Assembly: GCA_018672055.1 (NCBI GenBank)
Contig: JABHGM010000001.1
Location: 824,093-888,092, forward strand
Length of the DNA stretch: 64,000 nt
Direction: 5' to 3'
From: a bacterium
Lineage (GTDB): Bacteria; Patescibacteriota; Patescibacteriia; UBA1558; UBA10009
A program made the position numbers and the translations under genes. Under the pieces are notes generated by a model, which searched no databases, had not been told where the DNA came from, and saw only the letters and a list, made by a program, of their open reading frames with translations. Of this stretch, positions 37,177-47,479 are shown in pieces (the first letter of the stretch is position 1; each line of letters starts with the position of its first letter).

Positions 37177-40100
37177 ATGTTTACTCACTTACATACTCAT
37201 AGCCATTATTCTTTACTTGATGGTCTACCTAAAATAGATGATTTAGTAGCTAAAGCTAAAGAATATAAGATGGACTCATTGGCCCTAACTGACCATGGAG
37301 TTATGTATGGTGTTATTGAATTCTATCAAAAATGTGTAGAAGCTGGCATTAAGCCAATTATTGGCATAGAAGCATATATGGCTCCTAATTCAAGACATGA
37401 TAAGCAAGGTAAGTTTGATAAAGACTATAATCACCTAATACTACTTGCTGAAAATAATACAGGTTATCAAAATCTTTTAAAACTAACAACTCAAGCTCAT
37501 TTAGAAGGCTTTTACTATAAACCACGTGTTGATTGGGAATTATTGGAAAAATACCATGAAGGTATAATAGCTATGACAGCTTGTTTAGGTGGTGCGGTAC
37601 CTAAAGCTATTTTAAATAATGAGAATGTAGAAGAAGTAATAGATAAACATATTAAAGTATTTGGTAGAGATAACTTTTTTTTAGAGCTACAACATCATCC
37701 AGAAGAAGAAAAACAACAAAAAGTAAATAATAAATTAATAGAGCTATCAAAAAAAATGATGGTACCACTCGTTTGTACTAACGATGTTCATTATTTAAAT
37801 CCAGAAGATGCAGAAGCTCAAGATATATTACTTTGTCTTCAAATGAAGAAAAAACAAACTGATACTGATAGGATGACTATGCTAGATCATGATCTTTCAT
37901 TTACTTCACCAGAAAAAATGGCAGATAATTTTAAAGACTGGCCTGAAGCTTTAGAAAATACTCAAAAAATAGCAGATAGATGTAATGTTAATATTGAATT
38001 AAATAAAACTCTTTTACCTAACTTTGAAGTACCTAACAATAAATCAGCAGATGAATATTTAAAGGAATTATGTATAGCTAATTTAGATAAAAGATATAAT
38101 GGTGGTATTACCGAAGAAATAACTAAAAGACTAGACTACGAACTTGAAGTAATTACTAAGACTGGTTTTGCCTCATACTTTTTAATTGTCCAAGACTTTG
38201 TTAACTGGGCTAAAGATAAAAATATAATTGTCGGACCTGGTAGAGGTTCTGCAGCTGGTAGTATTGTTTCCTATCTTTTAAATATTACTAATATTGATCC
38301 CATTAAATTTGAATTAATTTTTGAAAGATTTTTAAACCCAGAAAGAATATCAATGCCTGATATTGATTTAGATTTTGCAGATACTAGACGTGATGAAGTA
38401 ATAAACTACGTAGCTGAAAAATATGGACATGATCACGTAGCTCAAATAATTACTTTTGGTACTATGGCAGCGCGTGCTGCTATAAGAGACGTGGGTAGAG
38501 TTTTAGCTATGCCATATACTTACTGTGATAAAATGGCTAAAATGGTACCTATGTTTTCTACGCTTTCTGAGGCTTTAGAATCCGTTGATGAATTTAAAGA
38601 AATATATAATAGTGATCCAGAAGCTAAAAACTTAATAGAATATGCTAAAAAATTAGAAGGAGTAGCTAGACATGCCTCAACTCATGCTTGTGGTGTTTTA
38701 ATTACACCTAAACCCCTAGATCAATTCGTACCGCTTCAATATTCAACTTCAGATAATGAATCTATAATTTCTCAATATTCACTTCATCCTGTTGAAGATT
38801 TAGGCTTACTTAAAATGGATTTTCTTGGACTTAAAAATTTAAGTAGTATTGAAACAACGCTAGAAGTCATAGCTAAAACAACAGGTGAGGTTATTGATAT
38901 GAATAAAATACCGCTTGATGATGATAAAACCTTTAAACTCTTTAAAAAAGGTCATACTATTGGTGTCTTTCAACTTGAATCATCTGGTATGAGGAGATAC
39001 TTAGTTAGTTTAGATCCCTCAATAATTGAAGATATAATTGTTATGATCTCTTTGTATAGACCTGGTCCAATGGAATTTATACCAGATTATATTGCTCGTA
39101 AAAAAGGTTTAAAAACTATTACCTATTTACATCCTAAATTAAAACCAATTTTAGAAAAAACCTATGGTATTGCTGTTTATCAAGAACAAGTTATGCGAAT
39201 TGCTCGAGAACTTGCTAATTTTTCATACTCAGAGGCAGACGTCTTAAGAAAAGCTGTGGGTAAAAAGATAAAGAAGTTACTTGATGAACAAGAAGGTAAA
39301 ATGATTGAAGGTATGATAAATAACGGAGTTAATAAAAATACAGCTCAACAAATCTGGGAATACATCTTACCATTTGCTAGATATGGTTTTAACAGAGCTC
39401 ATGCTGCATCCTATGCTATGATTTCATATCAAACTGCTTACCTTAAAGCAAATTACCCGACTCAGTTTATGGCAGCAATTTTAACCTCTGATCTAGGTAA
39501 TACTGATAGAATTGCGCTAGAAATAGCTGAAGCAGAAAAAATGGGCATTGAAGTTATGCCACCTGATATTAATGAAAGTTTTACAATATTTTCTATGGTG
39601 GTAAGCGAAGAAACTAAAGATAAGCCTAGAATTAGATTTGGACTTGGAGCCATTAAAAATGTAGGTGCCCATATTACTAAAATAATAATCCATGAAAGAA
39701 AAGAAAATGGACCATTTAAAGACTTAACTGATTTTTTAACAAGAGTTCAAGATAAAGATTTAAATAAAAAATCTTTAGAAAGCTTAATCAAGTCTGGATC
39801 TTTAGATGAATTTGGTGAAAGAAATGAATTACTTTTAAATAGTGATAAATTACTTAAATTTTCTAAAAGACAAGATACTAGTAACGGACAATCAGATCTA
39901 TTCTCATCATCAGGTATTGATACTAACTTTACCCTTAAACTAGATTCAGTTGAAGAAGCCACTAAACAACAACGTTTGACCTGGGAAAAAGAATTACTAG
40001 GTATTTATCTATCAGAACATCCACTTGATGAAGTAAAACATCTCTTACCTCAAGACATAACCTTTATTTCTAAACTAAATGAATTATCAAATAACTTTGA

Positions 40101-40578
40101 AGTTAAAGTAGCTGGAGTTATTCAAAAAATAAAGAAAGTTATAACTAGAAAAGGTGATCCAATGATGTTTGTTACCTTAGAAGATGCCACAGGTACTGTT
40201 GAAGTATTAATCTTTCCAAAAATTTTAGAAAAAACTAGAAACCTATGGCAAGAAGATAAATTAGTTATGCTAACAGGTAAAATATCGGAAAAAGATTCTG
40301 AGCCTAAAATACTATGTGATTCAGTATCTGATTTAATGATTGAAGATATTAAGAATATGACATTAAATTTAACTATACCTAGAGATACTGACAAAGAAAT
40401 AATTGATGAATTAAAAAAAGTTCTTGAACAAGAAAAAGGAAATATGCCAGTTTACTTAAATTTATTTGTAGGACAAAACTTAAAGAAGGTGAAATTAACT
40501 CAAGGTATAACTTATACGACTGAAACTAAGAATAAGTTAATTAATCTACTAAGTATAGATAATATAAGGCTTAGCTAG
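37177..40578 (+). CDS. dnaE: DNA polymerase III alpha subunit
   Basis: PHP domain MFTHLHTHSHYSLLDG, polymerase core, C-terminal OB fold. 1133 aa. Confidence 0.93.
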   Translation: MFTHLHTHSHYSLLDGLPKIDDLVAKAKEYKMDSLALTDHGVMYGVIEFYQKCVEAGIKPIIGIEAYMAPNSRHDKQGKFDKDYNHLILLAENNTGYQNLLKLTTQAHLEGFYYKPRVDWELLEKYHEGIIAMTACLGGAVPKAILNNENVEEVIDKHIKVFGRDNFFLELQHHPEEEKQQKVNNKLIELSKKMMVPLVCTNDVHYLNPEDAEAQDILLCLQMKKKQTDTDRMTMLDHDLSFTSPEKMADNFKDWPEALENTQKIADRCNVNIELNKTLLPNFEVPNNKSADEYLKELCIANLDKRYNGGITEEITKRLDYELEVITKTGFASYFLIVQDFVNWAKDKNIIVGPGRGSAAGSIVSYLLNITNIDPIKFELIFERFLNPERISMPDIDLDFADTRRDEVINYVAEKYGHDHVAQIITFGTMAARAAIRDVGRVLAMPYTYCDKMAKMVPMFSTLSEALESVDEFKEIYNSDPEAKNLIEYAKKLEGVARHASTHACGVLITPKPLDQFVPLQYSTSDNESIISQYSLHPVEDLGLLKMDFLGLKNLSSIETTLEVIAKTTGEVIDMNKIPLDDDKTFKLFKKGHTIGVFQLESSGMRRYLVSLDPSIIEDIIVMISLYRPGPMEFIPDYIARKKGLKTITYLHPKLKPILEKTYGIAVYQEQVMRIARELANFSYSEADVLRKAVGKKIKKLLDEQEGKMIEGMINNGVNKNTAQQIWEYILPFARYGFNRAHAASYAMISYQTAYLKANYPTQFMAAILTSDLGNTDRIALEIAEAEKMGIEVMPPDINESFTIFSMVVSEETKDKPRIRFGLGAIKNVGAHITKIIIHERKENGPFKDLTDFLTRVQDKDLNKKSLESLIKSGSLDEFGERNELLLNSDKLLKFSKRQDTSNGQSDLFSSSGIDTNFTLKLDSVEEATKQQRLTWEKELLGIYLSEHPLDEVKHLLPQDITFISKLNELSNNFEVKVAGVIQKIKKVITRKGDPMMFVTLEDATGTVEVLIFPKILEKTRNLWQEDKLVMLTGKISEKDSEPKILCDSVSDLMIEDIKNMTLNLTIPRDTDKEIIDELKKVLEQEKGNMPVYLNLFVGQNLKKVKLTQGITYTTETKNKLINLLSIDNIRLS

Positions 40579-40612
40579 ACAAAATATTATTTACTAGATA
40601 TACTCCAAACAT

Positions 40613-41746
40613 ATGTATCAAGGAACAAATAGAATAATAAAACCATCATATAGGAATTTAATCATAGTTTTCGTTATTTTAGCTGTTATTTTAGTAGGAG
40701 CTATACTCTATTTCTCTCTTTCTCAAGCTACAATTACTATTACTCCAAACTATGAAAGACAACAAGTTGGTTTTGCTATACAAATAGTAAATGCTGATAT
40801 AGAGGCAAATCAAGATCAACAAATACCAGGTTTTGTTAAAGAAGTAATTATTGAAGATACTAAAACATTTGAAGCTAAACAAATTACAACCACTGAATCA
40901 AAAGCTTCTGGTAAATTAACAGTATATAATGATTATTCCCAATCACAGCCATTAATAGCTAGAACTAGATTTCAATCAGCTAATGGTCAAATATTTAGAT
41001 TACCTAGCGGTGTTACTATACCTGCTAATGGCACTTTAGAAATAACCGTTATAGCTGAAGAAGAAGGCCAAGAATATGAAGTATCTGCTGGTGATTTTAT
41101 ATTACCTGCTCTTTCTGAGTGGAGAAAGCAATATGTTTACGCTAAATCTCAAGAACAAATGAAAAGAGGTCAAGTAACTAATAATATAATAAATCAAGAT
41201 ACTATAGATCAAGCTGTAATTGTTTTAACTAATGAATTAAAAACCAAAGCCTTAGAACAAATAAATAGTGAAATAACTGGCAATCAAAGTATTATAGAAG
41301 AATTTTTAACAACAGATGTCTTTAAATATTCAGCTAGTATTGAATTACCAAGTAATGAAGATAGCTTTGATATTTCTTTAGGCTTAGTAGTTAAAGCTTT
41401 AGTTACAGATTTAGAACTATTAAAAGAAAAAGCTATTTTATCTCTACCAAGCATGTATGTTAATGAAGGAGCTATTACAAAAATAGATCCAAATAGCTTT
41501 ACATATGAAATTACCCTACTTGATGAAAACTCAGAAAATTTAGTAGCTCAAGTAAAAGGCGAATACATTTTAGAAGCAGCTCATGTTGAAATAGATAAAT
41601 CTCAACTTAAAGGACTATCTACTGAAGAAGCAAAAACATATTTAGAAAATTTAAGTGATGTTAATAGTGTAGAAATACATATACCTTTTTGGTCAAAACT
41701 CATGCCTTCACTTAAAGATCATATAAATATTGAGATTGTTGAATAA
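40613..41746 (+). CDS. hypothetical secreted/membrane-anchored protein
   Basis: N-terminal TM helix, no family recognised. Confidence 0.45.
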   Translation: MYQGTNRIIKPSYRNLIIVFVILAVILVGAILYFSLSQATITITPNYERQQVGFAIQIVNADIEANQDQQIPGFVKEVIIEDTKTFEAKQITTTESKASGKLTVYNDYSQSQPLIARTRFQSANGQIFRLPSGVTIPANGTLEITVIAEEEGQEYEVSAGDFILPALSEWRKQYVYAKSQEQMKRGQVTNNIINQDTIDQAVIVLTNELKTKALEQINSEITGNQSIIEEFLTTDVFKYSASIELPSNEDSFDISLGLVVKALVTDLELLKEKAILSLPSMYVNEGAITKIDPNSFTYEITLLDENSENLVAQVKGEYILEAAHVEIDKSQLKGLSTEEAKTYLENLSDVNSVEIHIPFWSKLMPSLKDHINIEIVE

Positions 41747-41757
41747 ATTGACAAAAA

Positions 41758-41786
41758 TACCAGTAACTTTTATACTTAATCTTACA
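41758..41786 (+). promoter_or_regulatory. sigma70-like promoter TTGACA-17-TATACT
   Basis: Perfect -35 and a near-consensus -10, upstream of the thrS leader. Confidence 0.55.
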
Positions 41787-41789
41787 GAA

Positions 41790-41980
41790 CTATTGAGTTA
41801 ACTACCAATTAACTACTTTAAACTAAAGTCGATTATTTCGCTAAGTTCTGCAGACAATTTACTTAAGTGCCTTAGCCTTTTGTTCTGGCTTAGGAAAACA
41901 GGTGGAACCGCGGAGTATTCCTTCGTCCTGATCTACATAATTTAATGTATATTTTGGATGGAGGATTTTTAAATTAATAA
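41790..41980 (+). promoter_or_regulatory. T-box riboswitch leader of thrS (threonine specifier candidate ACU/ACC) with terminator
   Basis: T-box sequence aacaGGTGGAACCGCGGag at about 41905-41925. Candidate specifier region aactACCaattaACTact. Terminator stem tccttcgtcc/ggatggagga followed by TTTTT. Confidence 0.5.
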
Positions 41981-41993
41981 TTAAATAATATAT

Positions 41994-43760
41994 ATGAATA
42001 ATGAATTAGAAAAAATACGTCATTCCCTTTCTCATTTAATGGCTATGGCTGTACTAAAAAAATTTCCAAAAGCTAAACTAGCCATAGGACCTGTTATTGA
42101 AAATGGTTTTTACTATGATTTTGATTTGGGTAAGGATAATAAGATAACTGAAATGGATTTACTTAAACTTCAAAAAGAAATGAAGAAATTAATAAGTCAA
42201 AATATTGAATTTAAAAAAATTGTAGCTAAAGATAAAAAAGAAGCTTTAAAAATGATGTCAGGTGAATTTAAAAAAGAATTAATTGAAGAATTACCTAAGA
42301 GTGAAAAAATAACTTTCTATGAATCAGGTGATTTTACAGATCTTTGTGCCGGACCTCATGTTGAAAGTACTAAAGAGATAAATAAGGATGGTTTTAAATT
42401 AACTAAAACTGCTGGTGCTTACTGGAGAGGTGATGAAAAGAATAAGATGCTTACTCGTATTTATGGAGTTGCTTTTAATAATAAAAAGGAATTAGATGAA
42501 TACTTAGAAATGCTAGCTGAAGCAGAAAAAAGAGATCATAGGAAACTTGGCAAAGAATTAGATCTATTTGTTTTCTCCCCTATTGTTGGTAAAGGTTTAC
42601 CTCTTTGGACAGAAAAAGGAACTACCATAAGACGTGAACTTGAAAATTTCATAATAGCTGAAGAAATTAAAAGAGGTTATAAACATGTTAATACACCTGA
42701 TATTGCTAAAATTGATTTATATAAAAAATCAGGCCATTACCCATATTACAAAGATTCCATGTATTCCCCTATTAAAATTGATGACGAAGAATTTATGTTA
42801 AGACCTATGTCTTGTCCTCATCATTTTGAACTATACTTATCTAGACCAAGAAGCTATAAAGAATTACCACTAAGAATAGCTGAAGTAGCTAAACTATATA
42901 GATATGAACAATCTGGTGAGCTAACAGGCTTAATGAGAGTAAGAAGTTTTTGTCTAGCTGATTCCCATATTATCTGTGCAGATTCAGCTCAAGCTAAATC
43001 TGAAGTAAATGATGTCTTAGACTTAATTGAATATATATCAAATACTTTTGGTTTAAAAATGGGTGATAATTATTCATACAGACTATCATTAGGTGATAGA
43101 AAAGATACTGAAAAATACTTTAAAAATGATAAAGCTTGGGATGAAGCAGAAACAATATTAAGAGATGTTTTAAAGAATAGAAAATGTAAATTTGTTGAAG
43201 CTGAATCAGAAGCAGCATTCTATGGTCCTAAAATTGATATTCAAATGAAAAATGTATTAGGTAAAGAAGAAACTGCTTTTACAGTTCAATATGACTTTGT
43301 AATGCCTGAAAGATTTAATTTAAACTATATTGATAAGGATGGTAAAGAAAAAAAAGCCATTGTTATACATAGATCATCAATTGGCGCTATTGAAAGAGTT
43401 ATGGCTTTCTTAATTGAACATTTTGCTGGTGCTTTTCCACTATGGCTTTCCCCTATTCAAGTTAAGATAATATCAGTTGGTGAAGCTCATTTTACATATT
43501 GTGAAGAACTAGCAAATAAATTTAAATCACAAGGCATAAGAGTTGAAACTGATTTAAATAATGAAACTGTAGGTAATAAGATAAGGAAAGCTGTATCAGA
43601 AAAAACTCCATATATGCTAGTTATTGGTGATAAAGAAGTAGCTTCAAATGATTTAGCTGTAAGAGTTAGGGGTCAAGAAAAAATATTAGATATTGGATTA
43701 GATAAATTCATTACTAATCTCAAAAAAACTATAGAAGATAAGTCTCTAACATTAGAATAA
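41994..43760 (+). CDS. thrS: threonyl-tRNA synthetase (lacks N-terminal TGS domain)
   Basis: Editing-domain HxxxH (RHSLSHLMAM), class II motifs (FRYE-like, GxGxER-like), anticodon-binding C-terminus. 588 aa. Confidence 0.88.
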   Translation: MNNELEKIRHSLSHLMAMAVLKKFPKAKLAIGPVIENGFYYDFDLGKDNKITEMDLLKLQKEMKKLISQNIEFKKIVAKDKKEALKMMSGEFKKELIEELPKSEKITFYESGDFTDLCAGPHVESTKEINKDGFKLTKTAGAYWRGDEKNKMLTRIYGVAFNNKKELDEYLEMLAEAEKRDHRKLGKELDLFVFSPIVGKGLPLWTEKGTTIRRELENFIIAEEIKRGYKHVNTPDIAKIDLYKKSGHYPYYKDSMYSPIKIDDEEFMLRPMSCPHHFELYLSRPRSYKELPLRIAEVAKLYRYEQSGELTGLMRVRSFCLADSHIICADSAQAKSEVNDVLDLIEYISNTFGLKMGDNYSYRLSLGDRKDTEKYFKNDKAWDEAETILRDVLKNRKCKFVEAESEAAFYGPKIDIQMKNVLGKEETAFTVQYDFVMPERFNLNYIDKDGKEKKAIVIHRSSIGAIERVMAFLIEHFAGAFPLWLSPIQVKIISVGEAHFTYCEELANKFKSQGIRVETDLNNETVGNKIRKAVSEKTPYMLVIGDKEVASNDLAVRVRGQEKILDIGLDKFITNLKKTIEDKSLTLE

Positions 43761-43765
43761 TATAA

Positions 43766-45040
43766 ATGGATAATAAGCAAAAAAAATACTATCTATGGAT
43801 TTTAGGTTGCCAAATGAATATAGCTGATGCCGAACGTATCAGAACTATTTTAAATTCAATTAATTATCTTGAAACCAATATAGAAAAAGATGCTGATGTA
43901 ATAATTACAATAGCTTGTTCTGTAAAACAAAGTGGTATTGATAGAATATTTGGTAAATCAAAAAACTGGAAAAAGAGAAAGAACTTAATAACTATTTTAA
44001 CAGGTTGTGTAGTTAAAGAAGATAAACCAAAAATGGAAAAAATATTTAATCATCTTATTAATATACATGAGATAAATAAATTACCTAGATTATTAAATAT
44101 TGAATCTGATAAGATATCGCCATCACGTGACTACTTAGAAATACTACCTCAATATTCAGATAAAATTAAAGCTTATGTACCTATTTCAAATGGTTGTAAT
44201 AATTTTTGTACATATTGTGTAGTGCCAAACACTAGAGGTCGAGAAAAATCAAGATCTTCAGAAAATATATTAAAAGAATGTAAGGAATTAATTAAAAATG
44301 GTTATAAAGAAATAACGCTACTTGGTCAGAATGTAAATAGCTATGGCTTAGATTTAAAAAATGATTTAAGTTTTCCAGAACTATTACAAAAAGTAAATGA
44401 TTTAGAAGGTAGCTTTTGGCTTAGATTCTCAACTTCTCATCCTAAAGACATGAGTGACGAATTAATAGAAGTTATAGCAAATAATAAAAATATATGTAAT
44501 TATATTCACTTACCTGTTCAATCAGGAAATAATGATGTATTAAAAAAAATGAATAGAAACTATACTAAAGAACACTATTTAGAATTAATAAATAAATTAA
44601 AAAATAAGATTAATCCATTATTCATATCAACTGATATAATCGTAGGCTTTCCAGGAGAAACAAAAAAACAGTTTAAAGATTCAATTAAACTATTTAAAAA
44701 AGTTAAATTTGATATGGCATATATTTCTCAGTATTCTCCAAGACAAGGCACTGGATCTTTTAAATTAGAAGATAACATATCAAACAAAGAAAAAAAGAAA
44801 CGTAAATTTAAACTAGATAAAATATTAAAAAAAGATGCTTTAAAGAATAATAAAAAAATTATTAGTAAAACTTTAAAAATATTAGTAGATCGTCATAAAA
44901 ATGAATATTACTACGGTAAATCAGAAACATATAGAGATGTAAGGTTTAAATCAAATAAAAATCTACTCGGACAATTTGTTAAGATAAAAATATTAAAATC
45001 TACTACCTTCAGTTTAGAGGGTGAAATAAAAAAGGGTTGA
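43766..45040 (+). CDS. radical-SAM methylthiotransferase (MiaB/RimO family)
   Basis: MTTase N-domain, radical SAM CNNFCTYCVVP, C-terminal TRAM-like region. Confidence 0.8.
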   Translation: MDNKQKKYYLWILGCQMNIADAERIRTILNSINYLETNIEKDADVIITIACSVKQSGIDRIFGKSKNWKKRKNLITILTGCVVKEDKPKMEKIFNHLINIHEINKLPRLLNIESDKISPSRDYLEILPQYSDKIKAYVPISNGCNNFCTYCVVPNTRGREKSRSSENILKECKELIKNGYKEITLLGQNVNSYGLDLKNDLSFPELLQKVNDLEGSFWLRFSTSHPKDMSDELIEVIANNKNICNYIHLPVQSGNNDVLKKMNRNYTKEHYLELINKLKNKINPLFISTDIIVGFPGETKKQFKDSIKLFKKVKFDMAYISQYSPRQGTGSFKLEDNISNKEKKKRKFKLDKILKKDALKNNKKIISKTLKILVDRHKNEYYYGKSETYRDVRFKSNKNLLGQFVKIKILKSTTFSLEGEIKKG

Positions 45041-45065
45041 CTTGAAACAAGTAACCCTTTTGATT

Positions 45066-45503
45066 TTAGTTGTATTTCTTATTGAAATAATACCTTTCTG
45101 GTCTTAAATTACGATAATTAACGTTCATTACTATTACATGTATAATTCCAGCAATAATTCCAATAGTTAAAGTCCAAAAATTTTCTAAAGATACATCTTT
45201 AACCAAAATAGATTTTGGATAGCTTAATTCAATTAATAATATTACCCAAGAAGCCAATAAAGCCAGAATAAATGCTGCACATATAAGTTGGCACATAACT
45301 TTTAAGCCCGCCTTATACTTCCTTAGGAAAAATCTACTTCCAGGATAAATACCAAACACATAACTAGATGCCATTACTATCACATAGATAAATAGCCCAA
45401 TTAAAATACTTCGTGCTACTATAAAGATATCTATTCCAGATAACATCCCAATTACTAAAACCATCAATAGAATTGCAATAATATATCTAAATATATTTTT
45501 CAT
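45066..45503 (-). CDS. hypothetical integral membrane protein
   Basis: 4 TM helices. Confidence 0.45.
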   Translation of the reverse strand: MKNIFRYIIAILLMVLVIGMLSGIDIFIVARSILIGLFIYVIVMASSYVFGIYPGSRFFLRKYKAGLKVMCQLICAAFILALLASWVILLIELSYPKSILVKDVSLENFWTLTIGIIAGIIHVIVMNVNYRNLRPERYYFNKKYN

Positions 45504-45611
45504 TTTCTCCTCCTTTTGTTAAATAACAACTTATTGTAAAACTAATATACTAAAATAAAGTAAAATTGTCAAAAAAAAGGGAATAAACATTGTCTACCCC
45601 TTTAAAGAAAG

Positions 45612-45983
45612 TTATACTGCTACTGGTTTCATTATATTCCTAATCTCATCATTCAGAGACAAGCTATGAATAAGATGAATAGCCTCTGTAATATCATTCC
45701 CTAAGGCACGATGCACCCAATCTATAGTATCAATTCCGCATAAAAGAATTATCTTGTTAGGTAATAGAATCTTTTCATTTACTGCCTTTAAAATAATCAT
45801 TTCTCCTGAATAGTCAGGTACTGATATATCAGTAATCAACCAGTCTGGTTTTTTATCCAATAGCTCAATAGCTTCCTTGTCGTCATATGTTTGAAATATT
45901 TCAAAACCACTCTCATTCTTGAATATTCTTTCAACCAAGACTTTTACAAAGTCATTAATAGGTCTAACAATTAAAACCTTCAT
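45612..45983 (-). CDS. stand-alone receiver (REC) domain protein with a degenerate acid pocket
   Basis: CheY-like fold with DWLITDISVPDYSG (phospho-acceptor Asp). The N-terminal DD pair is replaced by RPIND. Confidence 0.5.
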   Translation of the reverse strand: MKVLIVRPINDFVKVLVERIFKNESGFEIFQTYDDKEAIELLDKKPDWLITDISVPDYSGEMIILKAVNEKILLPNKIILLCGIDTIDWVHRALGNDITEAIHLIHSLSLNDEIRNIMKPVAV

Positions 45984-46165
45984 TACGTTCCCCTTATTTA
46001 ATTTAATTTACATAATAGGATATAATATAGTAAAATCATTAAAAAGTCAATATATGAAGTTAACTAAAGCAGAAATACGTGAAAATAAGCGAAATAAAGC
46101 TAAAAATGCCCCAAAAGGAGCAACACTAGCTGGACAGATGAATAAGTCTAAAATAACTAAAAAAC

Positions 46166-47053
46166 ATGCCAAAAAGAGCAAAAAATAAGGTAATAGCCAT
46201 CGTAGGACCTACGGCCTGTGGTAAAACAAATTTAGCAGTAAAACTAGCTAAAGCTTTTAATGGTGAAATAATTTCAGCTGATTCTAGACAAGTATATATT
46301 GGTATGAATATTGGTACAGGTAAAGACTTGAATGAGTATGGAAATATTAAATATCATTTAATTGATGTAGTAAGTCCTAAAAAACAATATTCATTAGCTC
46401 AGTTTCAAAAAGAAGCATATAAAGCAATAGATGATATTTTAAAAAGAAATAAGCTCCCTATTATAGCAGGAGGTACTGGACTCTATGTTGATGCTATTAC
46501 TAAAGGATATATATTATCCCAATCTAAACCAAATAAAGAGTTAAGGAATAAACTAAGTAAAAAAACGTTAAAAGAATTACAAAGTATAATAAAGAAATAT
46601 AAATTAAAAGTAAATGAGTCTGATTTTAAAAATAAACGTAGACTAGAAAGACTTATTGAAATACATAAGACTGAAAAAGATTTCAAACCAAAAAATAATC
46701 CTAGATATAATGTATTAACACTTGGCATTAAATATCCAAAAGAAATTATTGATAAAAGAATAGATAAGAGATTAATAGAACGTATTGAAAAAGAAGGCAT
46801 GATACAAGAAGTAAAAAAACTCCATAAAAAAGGAGTAAGCTATAAGAGATTAGAAGACTTTGGTTTAGAATATAAATATGTAAGTTATTATTTAAAAAAC
46901 ATAATAACCTATGATGAATTAATAAAAAAACTAAGCATTGCTATTCATCAATTTGCTAAAAGGCAATTAACTTGGTTTAAAAGAGATAAACAAATTAATT
47001 GGATTAAAAATATCACTGAAGCTAAAAATAAAGTAAAAAGATTTATCTTTTAA
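46166..47053 (+). CDS. miaA: tRNA dimethylallyltransferase
   Basis: P-loop IVGPTACGKT and DSRQVY motif. Confidence 0.88.
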   Translation: MPKRAKNKVIAIVGPTACGKTNLAVKLAKAFNGEIISADSRQVYIGMNIGTGKDLNEYGNIKYHLIDVVSPKKQYSLAQFQKEAYKAIDDILKRNKLPIIAGGTGLYVDAITKGYILSQSKPNKELRNKLSKKTLKELQSIIKKYKLKVNESDFKNKRRLERLIEIHKTEKDFKPKNNPRYNVLTLGIKYPKEIIDKRIDKRLIERIEKEGMIQEVKKLHKKGVSYKRLEDFGLEYKYVSYYLKNIITYDELIKKLSIAIHQFAKRQLTWFKRDKQINWIKNITEAKNKVKRFIF

Positions 47054-47115
47054 TTTGACAAAATAATATATTTTGATAAGATAGCATATTACGTAACTAA
47101 ACAAGGAGGTATCTA

Positions 47116-47433
47116 ATGCCAAAAGATTGTGATGTCATAATTTATTTTAGAGAAGTAAAACTGGATGTTACTATCCCTAGAACATTTGTTTATGAATTCA
47201 TGGAAGAGTTCGGAAGAGAATTTGCAGAGGATTCATTAGAAGGAAGACCAAAAACAATTAAACCGGTTGATAGCTATTACGAACATCCAAATAACTGGCA
47301 TATACAAGTCATCATATGGTCGAATCATGAAAATAAATTCTATGAATTTCTAGCCAAATTCTGTAAAAAAAGATTAATGTCTTTCAGAAAACCTGTTGAA
47401 AAACTAGGTGGATATGAAACGTACAAAGTATAA
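47116..47433 (+). CDS. hypothetical small protein with strong SD (AAGGAGGT)
   Basis: 105 aa. No family recognised. A terminator follows. Confidence 0.45.
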   Translation: MPKDCDVIIYFREVKLDVTIPRTFVYEFMEEFGREFAEDSLEGRPKTIKPVDSYYEHPNNWHIQVIIWSNHENKFYEFLAKFCKKRLMSFRKPVEKLGGYETYKV

Positions 47434-47446
47434 ATCCATACAAATC

Positions 47447-47478
47447 AAAAAGGCTGAACTTACTTCAGCCTTTTTTTA
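47447..47478. terminator. bidirectional intrinsic terminator (aaaaaggctgaa-cttact-tcagccttttttt)
   Basis: Lies between convergent genes. Confidence 0.6.
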
Positions 47479-47479
47479 A

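Noticed and set aside
45919-46188. 89-aa ORF upstream of and overlapping miaA
   Set aside because: It overlaps the end of the REC-domain gene and the miaA start, and is K-rich and low-complexity. It more likely represents the miaA promoter/5' region.
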